NCBI GenBank assembly: GCA_964464605.1
Contig: CAYXJN010000004.1
Coordinates: 62,001-126,000, forward strand
DNA: 64,000 nt
Source of the DNA: an uncultured Ignavibacteriales bacterium
GTDB taxonomy: Bacteria > Zixibacteria > MSB-5A5 > GN15 > FEB-12
Reading direction: 5' to 3'
Numbering within the stretch: position 1 is the first letter of the stretch; every line of letters begins with the position of its first letter. Below are positions 20,109 to 29,033 of this stretch, piece after piece. Position numbers and translations under genes: made by a program. The notes beneath the pieces were generated by a model, which made no database searches, was not told where the DNA came from, and saw nothing but the letters and a program-made list of their open reading frames with translations.

Positions 20109-20903
20109 ATGAAGGAACGGCTGGCGCGCTATATCATTGATGTTCTCGGTCGTCCTATTCTTGACTTCTTTTCCAAGCTGGGGGGAATCAGTTTACTTTT
20201 ACTTCACACGTTTTTGTCGCTGAAAGACCTTCCCCGTTCTTGGCGTTTGGTATTCGAGCAGATGTATGAAGTCGGAGTCAAATCCCTTCCGCTTATTGTT
20301 ATTATTTCGATTTTTGTCGGTGCGGTATCAAGCTGGCAGGCAGCGTATCAATTCAAATTTATCGGCGCGCCGTTGCGCTTTTTAGGACAGGCTGTCGGCA
20401 AAGCAGTGGTGATTGAGTTAGCGCCGGTATTGTCTGCACTTGTATTCGCCGGACGAGCCGGAGCCGGTATGACCGCGCAGCTCGGTACGATGAAAGTAAC
20501 CGAGCAGATCGATGCGCTCACCTCGCTTGGGATCAACCCGATTCGGTATCTGGTGTTGCCACGAGTGGTAACTACGACCTTCATGGTTCCGTTTCTGGTA
20601 ATTTTTTCGGTCTTTGTCTCGATCTTAGGCGGTTTAGTAGTCGCGATGCTCGGTGTCGGGGTATCATCCGAAATGTTTTTAAACGGCTTCCGTACCTCTT
20701 TTGAAATTAGCGATTTCATTAATGGACTGATTAAAGCGACCGTGTTCGGACTGACCGTCGGCGTGGTAAGCTGTTACGAAGGCTTCACCGCCCAAGGGGG
20801 AGCCGAAGGGGTCGGGCGTTCGACTACCTCTTCAGTTGTGATATCGATGGTACTGATTTTGATATTTAATTTCATTTTTGCCCTATTGCTGTTCCGGATA
20901 TAA
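20109..20903 (+). CDS. mlaE: MlaE-family ABC permease
   Basis: ELAPVL....AGR.G..MTAQLGTMKVTEQIDAL..LG.NP.RYLV.PR and GGAEGVGRSTT. Confidence 0.92.
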   Translation: MKERLARYIIDVLGRPILDFFSKLGGISLLLLHTFLSLKDLPRSWRLVFEQMYEVGVKSLPLIVIISIFVGAVSSWQAAYQFKFIGAPLRFLGQAVGKAVVIELAPVLSALVFAGRAGAGMTAQLGTMKVTEQIDALTSLGINPIRYLVLPRVVTTTFMVPFLVIFSVFVSILGGLVVAMLGVGVSSEMFLNGFRTSFEISDFINGLIKATVFGLTVGVVSCYEGFTAQGGAEGVGRSTTSSVVISMVLILIFNFIFALLLFRI

Positions 20904-20905
20904 CG

Positions 20906-21655
20906 ATGAGTGAACCGATTTTCGAGATTGATGACTTGCATAAGCGTTTTCGCCGTCAGGTCGTGCTGAACGGCGTGAGCCTGACCATTACCAAAGGGGA
21001 ATCTTTGGTAATTGTCGGACAATCCGGAACCGGTAAGTCCGTGCTCTTGAAACATCTCATTCGGCTGATCGAACCGGACAAGGGAACGGTGAAATTCGAA
21101 GGACAGAATTTAGCTGAACTTTCGGATGCGGAATTAATACCGGTACGGCGGAAAATAGGGATGCTCTTTCAATCGGCTGCGTTATTCGATTCGATGTCAG
21201 TGGAAGATAACGTAGCTTTGGGATTAGTGGAAGCCCGTGAATTAAGCAAAAGCGAAATCAGAGATATCGTGCATGAAAAACTTCGTTTAGTCGATTTGTC
21301 CGATGCCGCCAAGAAAGACCCTTCCCAATTATCCGGCGGTATGCGCAAACGGGTAGGATTAGCCCGCGCTATAGCAACCAGTCCGGAAGTTGTTCTCTAT
21401 GATGAACCGACGACCGGATTGGACCCGGTGACTGCGGATGTTATCAACGACCTTATCGTTACGTTGAACCAGACATTGCATATTACGTCGATTGCTGTCA
21501 CACACGACATGCACTCGGCCTTTCGTATTGCAGACCGGGTAGTAATGCTGGATGAAGGAAAAATCGTTTTCGACGGTACGATCGAGCAATTCGAAGCATC
21601 CCCTATTCCTATCGTTTCCAGTTTCCTTCGCGCCAGCGGATTGGTGACCAAATGA
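20906..21655 (+). CDS. mlaF: MlaF/Mkl-family ABC ATPase
   Basis: GQSGTGKS, FQSAALFDSM, LSGGMRKRVGLARA, YDEPTTGLDP. Confidence 0.92.
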   Translation: MSEPIFEIDDLHKRFRRQVVLNGVSLTITKGESLVIVGQSGTGKSVLLKHLIRLIEPDKGTVKFEGQNLAELSDAELIPVRRKIGMLFQSAALFDSMSVEDNVALGLVEARELSKSEIRDIVHEKLRLVDLSDAAKKDPSQLSGGMRKRVGLARAIATSPEVVLYDEPTTGLDPVTADVINDLIVTLNQTLHITSIAVTHDMHSAFRIADRVVMLDEGKIVFDGTIEQFEASPIPIVSSFLRASGLVTK

Positions 21656-23025
21656 GTACAGTGCCGAAAAAGAAATTACGGACTGCTTTTTTCTGCTCCC
21701 GATGCGGTGCGGAACATTCCCGCTGGCAGGGGCAATGCCGTGAATGCGGCGAATGGAACACGCTCATTGAAGAACGAATTCCGGATAAACGAGTCGCGGC
21801 CAAACGCTCCGAAAGCAACGCCCCTCAGTCATTAACTTCTGTCGATATCCAGCCCCTTTCCGGTCACGCGAGCGGCATTGTCGAGTTTGACCGGGTGTTG
21901 GGTGGGCAATTGCTGCCGGGGATGACGGTGTTAGTCGGTGGAGAACCGGGAATAGGGAAATCGACGTTGTTATTGCAAGCAGCGGGTGCGTATGCCGCTT
22001 CCGGATTGAACGTTCTGTATGTGTCCGGCGAAGAATCGCTCGCGCAGATTCGATTGCGCGCAACTCGGCTTGGGCTTTCTCACATCGAAACGATTTCAGT
22101 TTTGAATACGACCTCACTTGATGAAATCATGACCGCCGTTGGCGGTAACAGTTATCAGGCTGTATTTATCGACTCAATTCAGACCGTCGCAAGCGACCAG
22201 CTTGATTCTCCGCCCGGCACAGTCGGACAAGTACGGGAGAGCGCGCATCAGTTAATAACGCACGCCAAAAGCAACGACATCGCTTTGTTTTTGGTAGGAC
22301 ATGTCACCAAAGATGGGATGGTCGCCGGGCCGAAAGTGCTTGAGCATATGGTCGACACGGTGCTGTATTTCGAAGGGGACTCCTCGCAGTTATATCGCTT
22401 GTTACGCGCGGTAAAAAACCGGTTCGGTTCCGTTTCCGAAATCGGGATTTTTGAAATGGGTGCGAAAGGACTTATCGAAGTCGCGAATCCCTCCTCACTC
22501 TTTTTATCCGGCCATACCGAAGAACCACGCAGCGGGGCAGTGGTTGCTGCCTTATGCGAAGGAAATAGACCGCTTTTAGTTGAAGTGCAGGCATTGGTCA
22601 CGCAGGCAAATTACGGCAGCCCCCAGCGTGTTGCCGGAGGTTTTGATTCCAAACGGCTCGCTCTTTTGCTTGCCATTATCGAGAAGCGGTGTGGGTATCC
22701 GATGGGGCAAAACGATGTCTTCGTGTCTATCGCCGGTGGGCTACGGGTCAATGAACCGGCACTTGATTTACCGATTATCGTGGCGATTATGTCATCGCTC
22801 TTAAACAAGCCGCTCGATTCACACTTGATGGTGGTCGGGGAAGTCGGATTATCCGGCGAAGTGCGCGGTATTACGATGATCGACCGTCGCGTAACTGAAG
22901 CGTTACGTCTCGGCTTCAAAACGATGCTCATTCCGAACAGCAACAAAGAACAGCTCCATGAAAAATCGAAGCAGATTGTCGGCGTTTCCGGAATTCAATC
23001 CGCTATTGACCTTGTTATCAATTGA
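21652..23025 (+). CDS. radA: DNA repair protein RadA/Sms
   Basis: N-terminal C4 zinc finger, GEPGIGKSTL, KNRFG, Lon-like C-terminus. Confidence 0.96.
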   Translation: MSTVPKKKLRTAFFCSRCGAEHSRWQGQCRECGEWNTLIEERIPDKRVAAKRSESNAPQSLTSVDIQPLSGHASGIVEFDRVLGGQLLPGMTVLVGGEPGIGKSTLLLQAAGAYAASGLNVLYVSGEESLAQIRLRATRLGLSHIETISVLNTTSLDEIMTAVGGNSYQAVFIDSIQTVASDQLDSPPGTVGQVRESAHQLITHAKSNDIALFLVGHVTKDGMVAGPKVLEHMVDTVLYFEGDSSQLYRLLRAVKNRFGSVSEIGIFEMGAKGLIEVANPSSLFLSGHTEEPRSGAVVAALCEGNRPLLVEVQALVTQANYGSPQRVAGGFDSKRLALLLAIIEKRCGYPMGQNDVFVSIAGGLRVNEPALDLPIIVAIMSSLLNKPLDSHLMVVGEVGLSGEVRGITMIDRRVTEALRLGFKTMLIPNSNKEQLHEKSKQIVGVSGIQSAIDLVIN

Positions 23026-23043
23026 CCGTTCTATTCCTCCCGC

Positions 23044-24216
23044 ATGACAGACGAAAAGATATTTACGCTTATTACCACTGACGGTACCGCCCGTCGCGGT
23101 TATGTCGACACCGACCATGGCCGGTTTCAGACGCCAGCCTTTATGCCAGTCGGGACAACCTCGGCTGTCAAAGCGTTGACTGCCGAAGACCTCGAATCCG
23201 CCGGCGCGGAAATCATGTTGAGCAATACCTATCATTTGTATTTACGTCCCGGTTCAAAATTAATCGCCGAACGGGGTGGCCTCGCCAAATTCAACGGTTG
23301 GAACAAACCGACGCTCACAGATAGCGGCGGGTTTCAGGTCTTTTCATTGCGGGATATTTCGAAAGTGACCGATGAAGGGGTCGAGTTCAAATCGCATCTC
23401 GATGGCTCCAAACATCTGTTTTCACCGTCGAAGGTGATGGAAATCCAGCACCAGATCGGCGCCGATATTATTATGGCATTCGATGAATGCGCACCATATC
23501 CATGCGAACCGGATCAGGCGAAAAAGGCAGTCGAACGCACCCATCAGTGGGCAAAAATCTGCCGAGATACACATCTCTCGTTACAACGTCAGGAAAAAAA
23601 CAACCGTCGGTTGTTTGGGATTGTGCAGGGGTCGGTGTATAAGGAATTGCGGGAACAGTCGGCAAAACAGATTGTCGATTTGGATTTTCCCGGTAATGCG
23701 ATTGGGGGATTATCGGTCGGAGAATCGAAAGCGGAGATGGAAGAGATGCTCGCGCATACGATTCAGTTTTTACCGACTGACAGGCCGCGCTATCTGATGG
23801 GTGTTGGATACCCTGAAGATATTCTCATGGCCGTCAGCTATGGCATTGATATGTTCGACTGTGTGTTACCTACACGCAATGCGCGTACCGGTGCGGTGTT
23901 TACCTCGGAGGGGCAGTTGGTATATCGGAATGCGGAGTATTCGCGGGATGACCGTCCGCTTGATCCGAACTGTAATTGCCATGTGTGCAAGCGATACAGC
24001 CGGGCATATCTGCGGCATTTGTGTAATGCGTCGGAAATAACCGGGATTGTACTGGCGACGTATCACTCGACATACTTTTTCCAGCAGTTGATGCGGGATA
24101 TACGACAAGCAATAGCGGAGCATCGTTTTGTCGAATTCAGAAAGCAATTTATCGAACGATATTCGCAGGGGACAAAAAACTCAGAATCGGCTGACAGGAA
24201 TTATATAGCCGAATGA
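23044..24216 (+). CDS. tgt: tRNA-guanine(34) transglycosylase
   Basis: TPAFMPVGT, NTYHLYLRPG, TDSGGFQVFSL, DCVLPTRNAR, CxCxxC zinc site. Confidence 0.96.
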   Translation: MTDEKIFTLITTDGTARRGYVDTDHGRFQTPAFMPVGTTSAVKALTAEDLESAGAEIMLSNTYHLYLRPGSKLIAERGGLAKFNGWNKPTLTDSGGFQVFSLRDISKVTDEGVEFKSHLDGSKHLFSPSKVMEIQHQIGADIIMAFDECAPYPCEPDQAKKAVERTHQWAKICRDTHLSLQRQEKNNRRLFGIVQGSVYKELREQSAKQIVDLDFPGNAIGGLSVGESKAEMEEMLAHTIQFLPTDRPRYLMGVGYPEDILMAVSYGIDMFDCVLPTRNARTGAVFTSEGQLVYRNAEYSRDDRPLDPNCNCHVCKRYSRAYLRHLCNASEITGIVLATYHSTYFFQQLMRDIRQAIAEHRFVEFRKQFIERYSQGTKNSESADRNYIAE

Positions 24217-24807
24217 AAGACGTATATCGGTGAACTGAAGCTGTTCCCGATACTGCGAAAACTGGGTGGGGCTGATACGTTGCGTGTAAATATAGTCGGG
24301 GCGGGTATCGCTGAATGATAATTCGACAGAGTACGCTTTATCGAACCGCAATCCGAACAATAGCCGATAGCCGATCGCATGGCTGATATCGACATCTTCG
24401 ACTTTTTCATACAGCAAAAGCGAATCCGCCGAATATTTCCCCAAATTGAAAAGATTCGCCGTTATAAATCCACCCCCGCCGATATAACCGCTTAGTTTAT
24501 CCGTTCCGCGATAATACAAGACTTCCAAAACCGAACTGATCGAGTGCAAATTTCCACGCGGGTAGCGCCGCGCAAGAATAGAACCATAACTGTATTCAAT
24601 TGCCGGTCGAATTACCAACGGATGAATCACCAGCAGTTCGCATTTGAGTGATGCACCCGGCGATGCGCTTACTAATGCGTTAGGGCCGGTGAGGGTTCCG
24701 GCGAAATGCATGCTCACGGAATTGAGCGTATCCTGCTGAGTAGGATTAAGCGGGTAGATAGGAAGTAAACTGAGTACGGCAGCCGCTAAGGAAAACATTT
24801 CGGTCAC
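24181..24807 (-). CDS. Hypothetical outer-membrane beta-barrel protein
   Basis: AAGGAG RBS before GTG, hydrophobic N-terminus, amphipathic strands (GYIGGGG, GYRLLFGLRF, IRLSFGY). The 3' end overlaps tgt by 36 nt. Confidence 0.6.
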   Translation of the reverse strand: MTEMFSLAAAVLSLLPIYPLNPTQQDTLNSVSMHFAGTLTGPNALVSASPGASLKCELLVIHPLVIRPAIEYSYGSILARRYPRGNLHSISSVLEVLYYRGTDKLSGYIGGGGFITANLFNLGKYSADSLLLYEKVEDVDISHAIGYRLLFGLRFDKAYSVELSFSDTRPDYIYTQRISPTQFSQYREQLQFTDIRLSFGYIIPVSRF

Positions 24808-24910
24808 AATCTCCTTATAATTAAAGTAACATAAAATCCTGAAAAAAGAAGCAAAGAGATAGGCTCTTTATTGGTTATCCGCCAATAAGTTCCGACCTTT
24901 GCCAGAGTCC

Positions 24911-24938
24911 TTGACTTTGCCGTTTCCCAAGCTATATT
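24911..24938 (+). promoter_or_regulatory. Sigma70-type promoter of the ALDH-arcE-arcC run
   Basis: TTGACT-16 nt-TATATT. Confidence 0.55.
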
Positions 24939-24955
24939 TGCGGTTCTCCCGACAA

Positions 24956-24973
24956 CTGTGAACAAATTCACAA
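24956..24973. promoter_or_regulatory. Palindromic operator matching Rex (TTGTGAA-N4-TTCACAA) and CRP (TGTGA-N6-TCACA) consensus
   Basis: cTGTGAAcaaaTTCACAA just downstream of the promoter. Confidence 0.65.
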
Positions 24974-25009
24974 AGCGTTGTCCAAGCGTCAGATAGAACG
25001 GAGTGTAGT

Positions 25010-26500
25010 GTGAGTGAAGTGAAAACCTGGCTTAATTATATCAACGGTCAGTGGGTTGCCTCAAAATCCGGCAAAACCTTCGACAATGTTAACCCTGCCA
25101 ACACAGATGACATCGTTGGGCGGTTTCAGGATTCCAACGCCGATGATGTCGCCCTTGCTGTTGAAGCAGCCGCCAAAGCCTACAAAACTTGGCGCTTGGT
25201 CCCGGCTCCGAAACGGGGAGAGATTCTTTATCGCATTGCCGAGCGGCTGACCAAAGAAAAAGAACGACTCTCCCGCGACATGACCCGCGAAATGGGGAAG
25301 AGCATTAGCGAAACCCGCGGTGATGTGCAGGAAGCGATTGATATGACGTTCTACATGGCCGGGGAAGGGCGTCGTTTGTATGGCGTCACCACACCGTCTG
25401 AATTGCCCAATAAATTCAATATGACTGTTCGCCAGCCGATAGGAGTATGCGGCTTTATTACTCCGTGGAACTTCCCGATGGCGATTCCGTCATGGAAAAC
25501 GATGCCGGCGCTTATCTGCGGCAACACCGTCGTTATCAAACCGGCGACCGACACTCCCCTTTCCACAGCGCATTTCGTGCAGATATGCAATGAAGAAGGC
25601 CTTCCGCCCGGTGTGCTTAACATGGTGACTGGTGGTGGTCGCGCAGTCGGTGAACCGTTGATTAATCATCAGGAAGTCAAAGTTGTTTCTTTCACCGGTT
25701 CAACCTTAGTCGGTAAACGAGTTTCCGAACTCTGCGCCAGCAAATTCAAACATTCCTGTTTGGAGATGGGTGGCAAAAACCCGATGCTCGTCCTCGACGA
25801 CGCCAATCTCGAACTCGCTGTCGACGGCGCACTCTGGGGTGCCTTTGGCACTACCGGCCAACGCTGTACGGCAACCAGCCGCGTGATTGTGCAGAAAGGT
25901 GCTGCCAAGCAGTTTATTGAACAGTTAGTCGCTCGCGTGAAAACGCTTAAAGTCGGCGACGGGCTTAACGAATCTACCCAGATGGGCCCGTGCGTTAATC
26001 AATCACAGTTGAACACTGTTTTGGAATACATCGATATCGGCAAGAAAGAGGGCGCAAAGCTCCTCTACGGCGGCGAACGTCTTACTTCCGGAGAACATGC
26101 CAAAGGATACTTCGTGCAGCCGACTATTTTCGGTGAGATCAATCAAAATATGCGCTTATGGAAAGAAGAAATCTTCGGCCCGGTGCTTTCGGTTATTACC
26201 TGCGATTCATTCGATCAGGCGATCGATATGGCCAACGATACGCCGTACGGTTTATCCGCCGCACTGTATACTACCGATGTTAACAAAGCATACCGGGCAA
26301 TGCGGGATGTCTACACCGGTATTTTCTACGTAAACGCTCCGACTATCGGCGCCGAAACGCATTTACCGTTCGGCGGCACCAAAGAAACGGGCAACGGCCA
26401 CCGGGAAGCATCCACCGCCGCGCTTGATTTTTACAGCGAGTGGAAATCGGTCTATGTCGACTTCTCCGGCCATTTACAGCGGGCGCAGATAGATTCGTAA
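25010..26500 (+). CDS. NAD(P)-dependent aldehyde dehydrogenase
   Basis: [40 protein letters not shown]. Confidence 0.95.
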   Translation: MSEVKTWLNYINGQWVASKSGKTFDNVNPANTDDIVGRFQDSNADDVALAVEAAAKAYKTWRLVPAPKRGEILYRIAERLTKEKERLSRDMTREMGKSISETRGDVQEAIDMTFYMAGEGRRLYGVTTPSELPNKFNMTVRQPIGVCGFITPWNFPMAIPSWKTMPALICGNTVVIKPATDTPLSTAHFVQICNEEGLPPGVLNMVTGGGRAVGEPLINHQEVKVVSFTGSTLVGKRVSELCASKFKHSCLEMGGKNPMLVLDDANLELAVDGALWGAFGTTGQRCTATSRVIVQKGAAKQFIEQLVARVKTLKVGDGLNESTQMGPCVNQSQLNTVLEYIDIGKKEGAKLLYGGERLTSGEHAKGYFVQPTIFGEINQNMRLWKEEIFGPVLSVITCDSFDQAIDMANDTPYGLSAALYTTDVNKAYRAMRDVYTGIFYVNAPTIGAETHLPFGGTKETGNGHREASTAALDFYSEWKSVYVDFSGHLQRAQIDS

Positions 26501-26677
26501 TATGATTACGTCCTCGACTTTGACTATCTATCAAAAATCTCTCTTGGGTCGTTCGACGACCTGGCTGATTTTCTATATCTGGATGGCATCCTCCATCTAA
26601 CCGAACGGGGGCAGGTGCGGCATCGCCGTATTTTCATTACACAGATAATATTTATTTTTGATTTATAAGGAGCATAC

Positions 26678-28027
26678 ATGGCTACGACCAAAAAGAAAAT
26701 TCTCATCATGGGAGCCGCAGGACGCGATTTCCACAACTTCAACACCCGCTATCGTGATGACAGCTCGGTTGAAGTCGTCGCATTCACTGCGACACAGATT
26801 CCTGACATTCAGGGACGCACCTATCCGGCAGAGCTGGCCGGGAAGCTGTACCCCAAAGGGATTCCGATCTTCGATGAGTCCGAATTGCTTTCATTAATTA
26901 AGAAATTCGGCGTCGATGAAGTTATCTTTTCGTATTCCGACGTTTCCTATCAGTACGTGATGGAAAAAGGTGCCCATGTCATGGCGGCCGGTGCCCGGTT
27001 CGCGATGGAAGGTGGCGCGCCGACGATGATTAAATCATCCAAGCCGGTCGTTGCGGTTGGCGCGATTCGTACCGGTTCCGGAAAATCGCAGACGACCCGC
27101 AAAGTGGCCGAAGTGCTGATGAGTATGGGCAAGAAGGTCGTGGCGATTCGTCACCCCATGCCATATGGCGATCTGCGCAAACAAGTCAGTATGCGTTTTG
27201 CCGATTTCAAAGATCTCGACAAATACAACTGCACGATCGAAGAACGGGAAGAATTTGAACCGCATATTAGCAAAGGCGTGACCGTTTACTGCGGCGTCGA
27301 TTACGAAGTCATCATTCGTCAGGCAGAAAAAGAAGCCGATGTTATCCTCTGGGATGGCGGCAACAATGATATGCCGTTCTACAAACCGGATTTGATGATT
27401 ACCGTTGTCGATCCGCACCGTCCGGGTCATGAACACTCATACTATCCTGGTCAGAACAATCTCTTGTTAGCTGATGTCATTATCATCAACAAGATCGATT
27501 CCGCTGAACCGGCGAAGGTAAAGCAGGTACGGGAAAGCATCGCCAAGTACAATCCGAAAGCGATCGTTATCGACGGCGCTTCCCCGATTGGTGTTCCGAA
27601 TTCGGAAATCATTCGCGGCAAAAAAGTGCTCGTTATCGAGGACGGCCCTACCCTTACTCACGGTGAAATGAAATATGGCGCCGGTGTGGTTGCGGCTATC
27701 AAATATGGCGCTTCGGAGCTGGTTGATCCGCGTCCGTATACGGTGAATTCGATAACCGATACCTTCAAGAAGTATCCGGATATCGGCACGTTGCTTCCGG
27801 CAATGGGCTACGGCGGCAAACAGGTCAAAGATCTGGAAACGACCATCAACAACACCAAGTGTGATGTGGTCATTATCGCCACGCCGATTGACTTGAACCG
27901 GATTTTGAAAATCAAGAAACCGACTGTCCGCGTTGATTACAATCTGCAGGAAATCGGCGAACCGAATCTTACAACGGTGCTGAGCAATTTCCTCGGTGGT
28001 TCAGACAAAAAGAAAACGAAGAAGTAA
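26678..28027 (+). CDS. Arginine synthetase (ArcE)-like protein of the cyclic 2,3-diphosphoglycerate synthetase/GTPase family
   Basis: GAAGRDFHNFN, AFTATQIPDI.GR.YP.ELAG.LYP.GIPI, RTGSGKSQT, IRHPMPYGDL, TIEEREE, EDGPTLTHG. Immediately upstream of carbamate kinase. Confidence 0.75.
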   Translation: MATTKKKILIMGAAGRDFHNFNTRYRDDSSVEVVAFTATQIPDIQGRTYPAELAGKLYPKGIPIFDESELLSLIKKFGVDEVIFSYSDVSYQYVMEKGAHVMAAGARFAMEGGAPTMIKSSKPVVAVGAIRTGSGKSQTTRKVAEVLMSMGKKVVAIRHPMPYGDLRKQVSMRFADFKDLDKYNCTIEEREEFEPHISKGVTVYCGVDYEVIIRQAEKEADVILWDGGNNDMPFYKPDLMITVVDPHRPGHEHSYYPGQNNLLLADVIIINKIDSAEPAKVKQVRESIAKYNPKAIVIDGASPIGVPNSEIIRGKKVLVIEDGPTLTHGEMKYGAGVVAAIKYGASELVDPRPYTVNSITDTFKKYPDIGTLLPAMGYGGKQVKDLETTINNTKCDVVIIATPIDLNRILKIKKPTVRVDYNLQEIGEPNLTTVLSNFLGGSDKKKTKK

Positions 28028-28076
28028 GCAAACAGTGAGTGGGTCAGTGATTCACTGACCCATTTGCCTCGTTTGC
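28028..28076 (+). other. Intergenic stem-loop between arcE-like gene and arcC
   Basis: TGGGTCAGTG-att-CACTGACCCA (28040-28062) with outer GCAAAC/GTTTGC pairing and no long U-tract. Confidence 0.55.
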
Positions 28077-28088
28077 GCTTATACGAAG

Positions 28089-29030
28089 ATGAAAAAAGCA
28101 GTTATTGCGCTTGGTGGTAATGCCATCACCGTTCCCGGTATTGAGGATACTATCGCCAATCAGTTCGCCAATACCCGTCGTTCTCTCGACGGCGTAATCG
28201 AATTGATTCGTGACGGGTATGAATTGGTTATTACGCATGGTAACGGCCCGCAGGTCGGGAATGCGCTTTTGCGTACCGAACTGGCACGTGGCAAAGCCCC
28301 TATTTTGCCGTTGGGTGTGTTGGTAGCCGATACCGAAGGCGGTATGGGATACATGATTGAGCAGTCGCTGCAAAATCGTCTTCGCGCCGAGGGGGTGAAC
28401 AAATCTGTGCTCACGATTATTTCGCAGGTACTCATCGATGAAACCGATCCTTCCAGTCAGAAAGCGACTAAATTTATCGGGCAGTTTTATTCAGAAGAAC
28501 AGGCTAAAGAATTTATGGAGTCGCGTGGCTGGCAGATGAGACTCGATGCCAATCGCGGTTGGCGGCGGGTGGTTCCTTCACCGGTTCCGCAGCAAACGAT
28601 TCATGCCGATATCATCAAAATTTTGGTCGAGCATGGTGCTATCGTTATCGCCTGCGGCGGCGGCGGGATTCCGATTTATATCGATAAGAACGGCAATTAC
28701 GAGGGGTTCGACGCGGTCATCGACAAAGATTTGGCATCGGCTTTGTTGGCCAATGAAGTCGGCGCCGATATGCTTTCGATTTTGACTTCAGTCGATCAAG
28801 TTGCGATTAATTTTGGCAAACCGAATCAGCAGCTATTAGAAACAGTGACGCTGTCGCAGATCAAGCAATACTACAATGAAGGGCATTTCGCAGCGGGTTC
28901 GATGGGACCGAAAATAGATGCAGCGATTCATTTCCTTGAAAACGGCGGTAAACTGGTTACGATTACTTCATTCGGATTAGCAGCAAAAGCCGCCCATGGT
29001 GGAGCGGGTACGCGAATTATTCCCGATTAG
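28089..29030 (+). CDS. arcC: Carbamate kinase
   Basis: ALGGNA, THGNGPQVG, GWRRVVPSP, GGGGIP, AVIDKD, GSMGPK. Confidence 0.95.
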   Translation: MKKAVIALGGNAITVPGIEDTIANQFANTRRSLDGVIELIRDGYELVITHGNGPQVGNALLRTELARGKAPILPLGVLVADTEGGMGYMIEQSLQNRLRAEGVNKSVLTIISQVLIDETDPSSQKATKFIGQFYSEEQAKEFMESRGWQMRLDANRGWRRVVPSPVPQQTIHADIIKILVEHGAIVIACGGGGIPIYIDKNGNYEGFDAVIDKDLASALLANEVGADMLSILTSVDQVAINFGKPNQQLLETVTLSQIKQYYNEGHFAAGSMGPKIDAAIHFLENGGKLVTITSFGLAAKAAHGGAGTRIIPD

Positions 29031-29033
29031 TCC

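Noticed and set aside
26579..26635. Resemblance to a fluoride (crcB) riboswitch 5' half (GATGGCATCCTCCAT...AACCG)
   Set aside because: The downstream conserved CUGAUG/GAUGCCUAC pseudoknot strand is missing and the adjacent gene is unrelated to fluoride.
26678..28027. Annotation as a true cyclic 2,3-diphosphoglycerate synthetase
   Set aside because: No 2-phosphoglycerate kinase is nearby. The GAAGRDFHNFN N-terminus and arcC adjacency fit the ArcE-like subfamily better.
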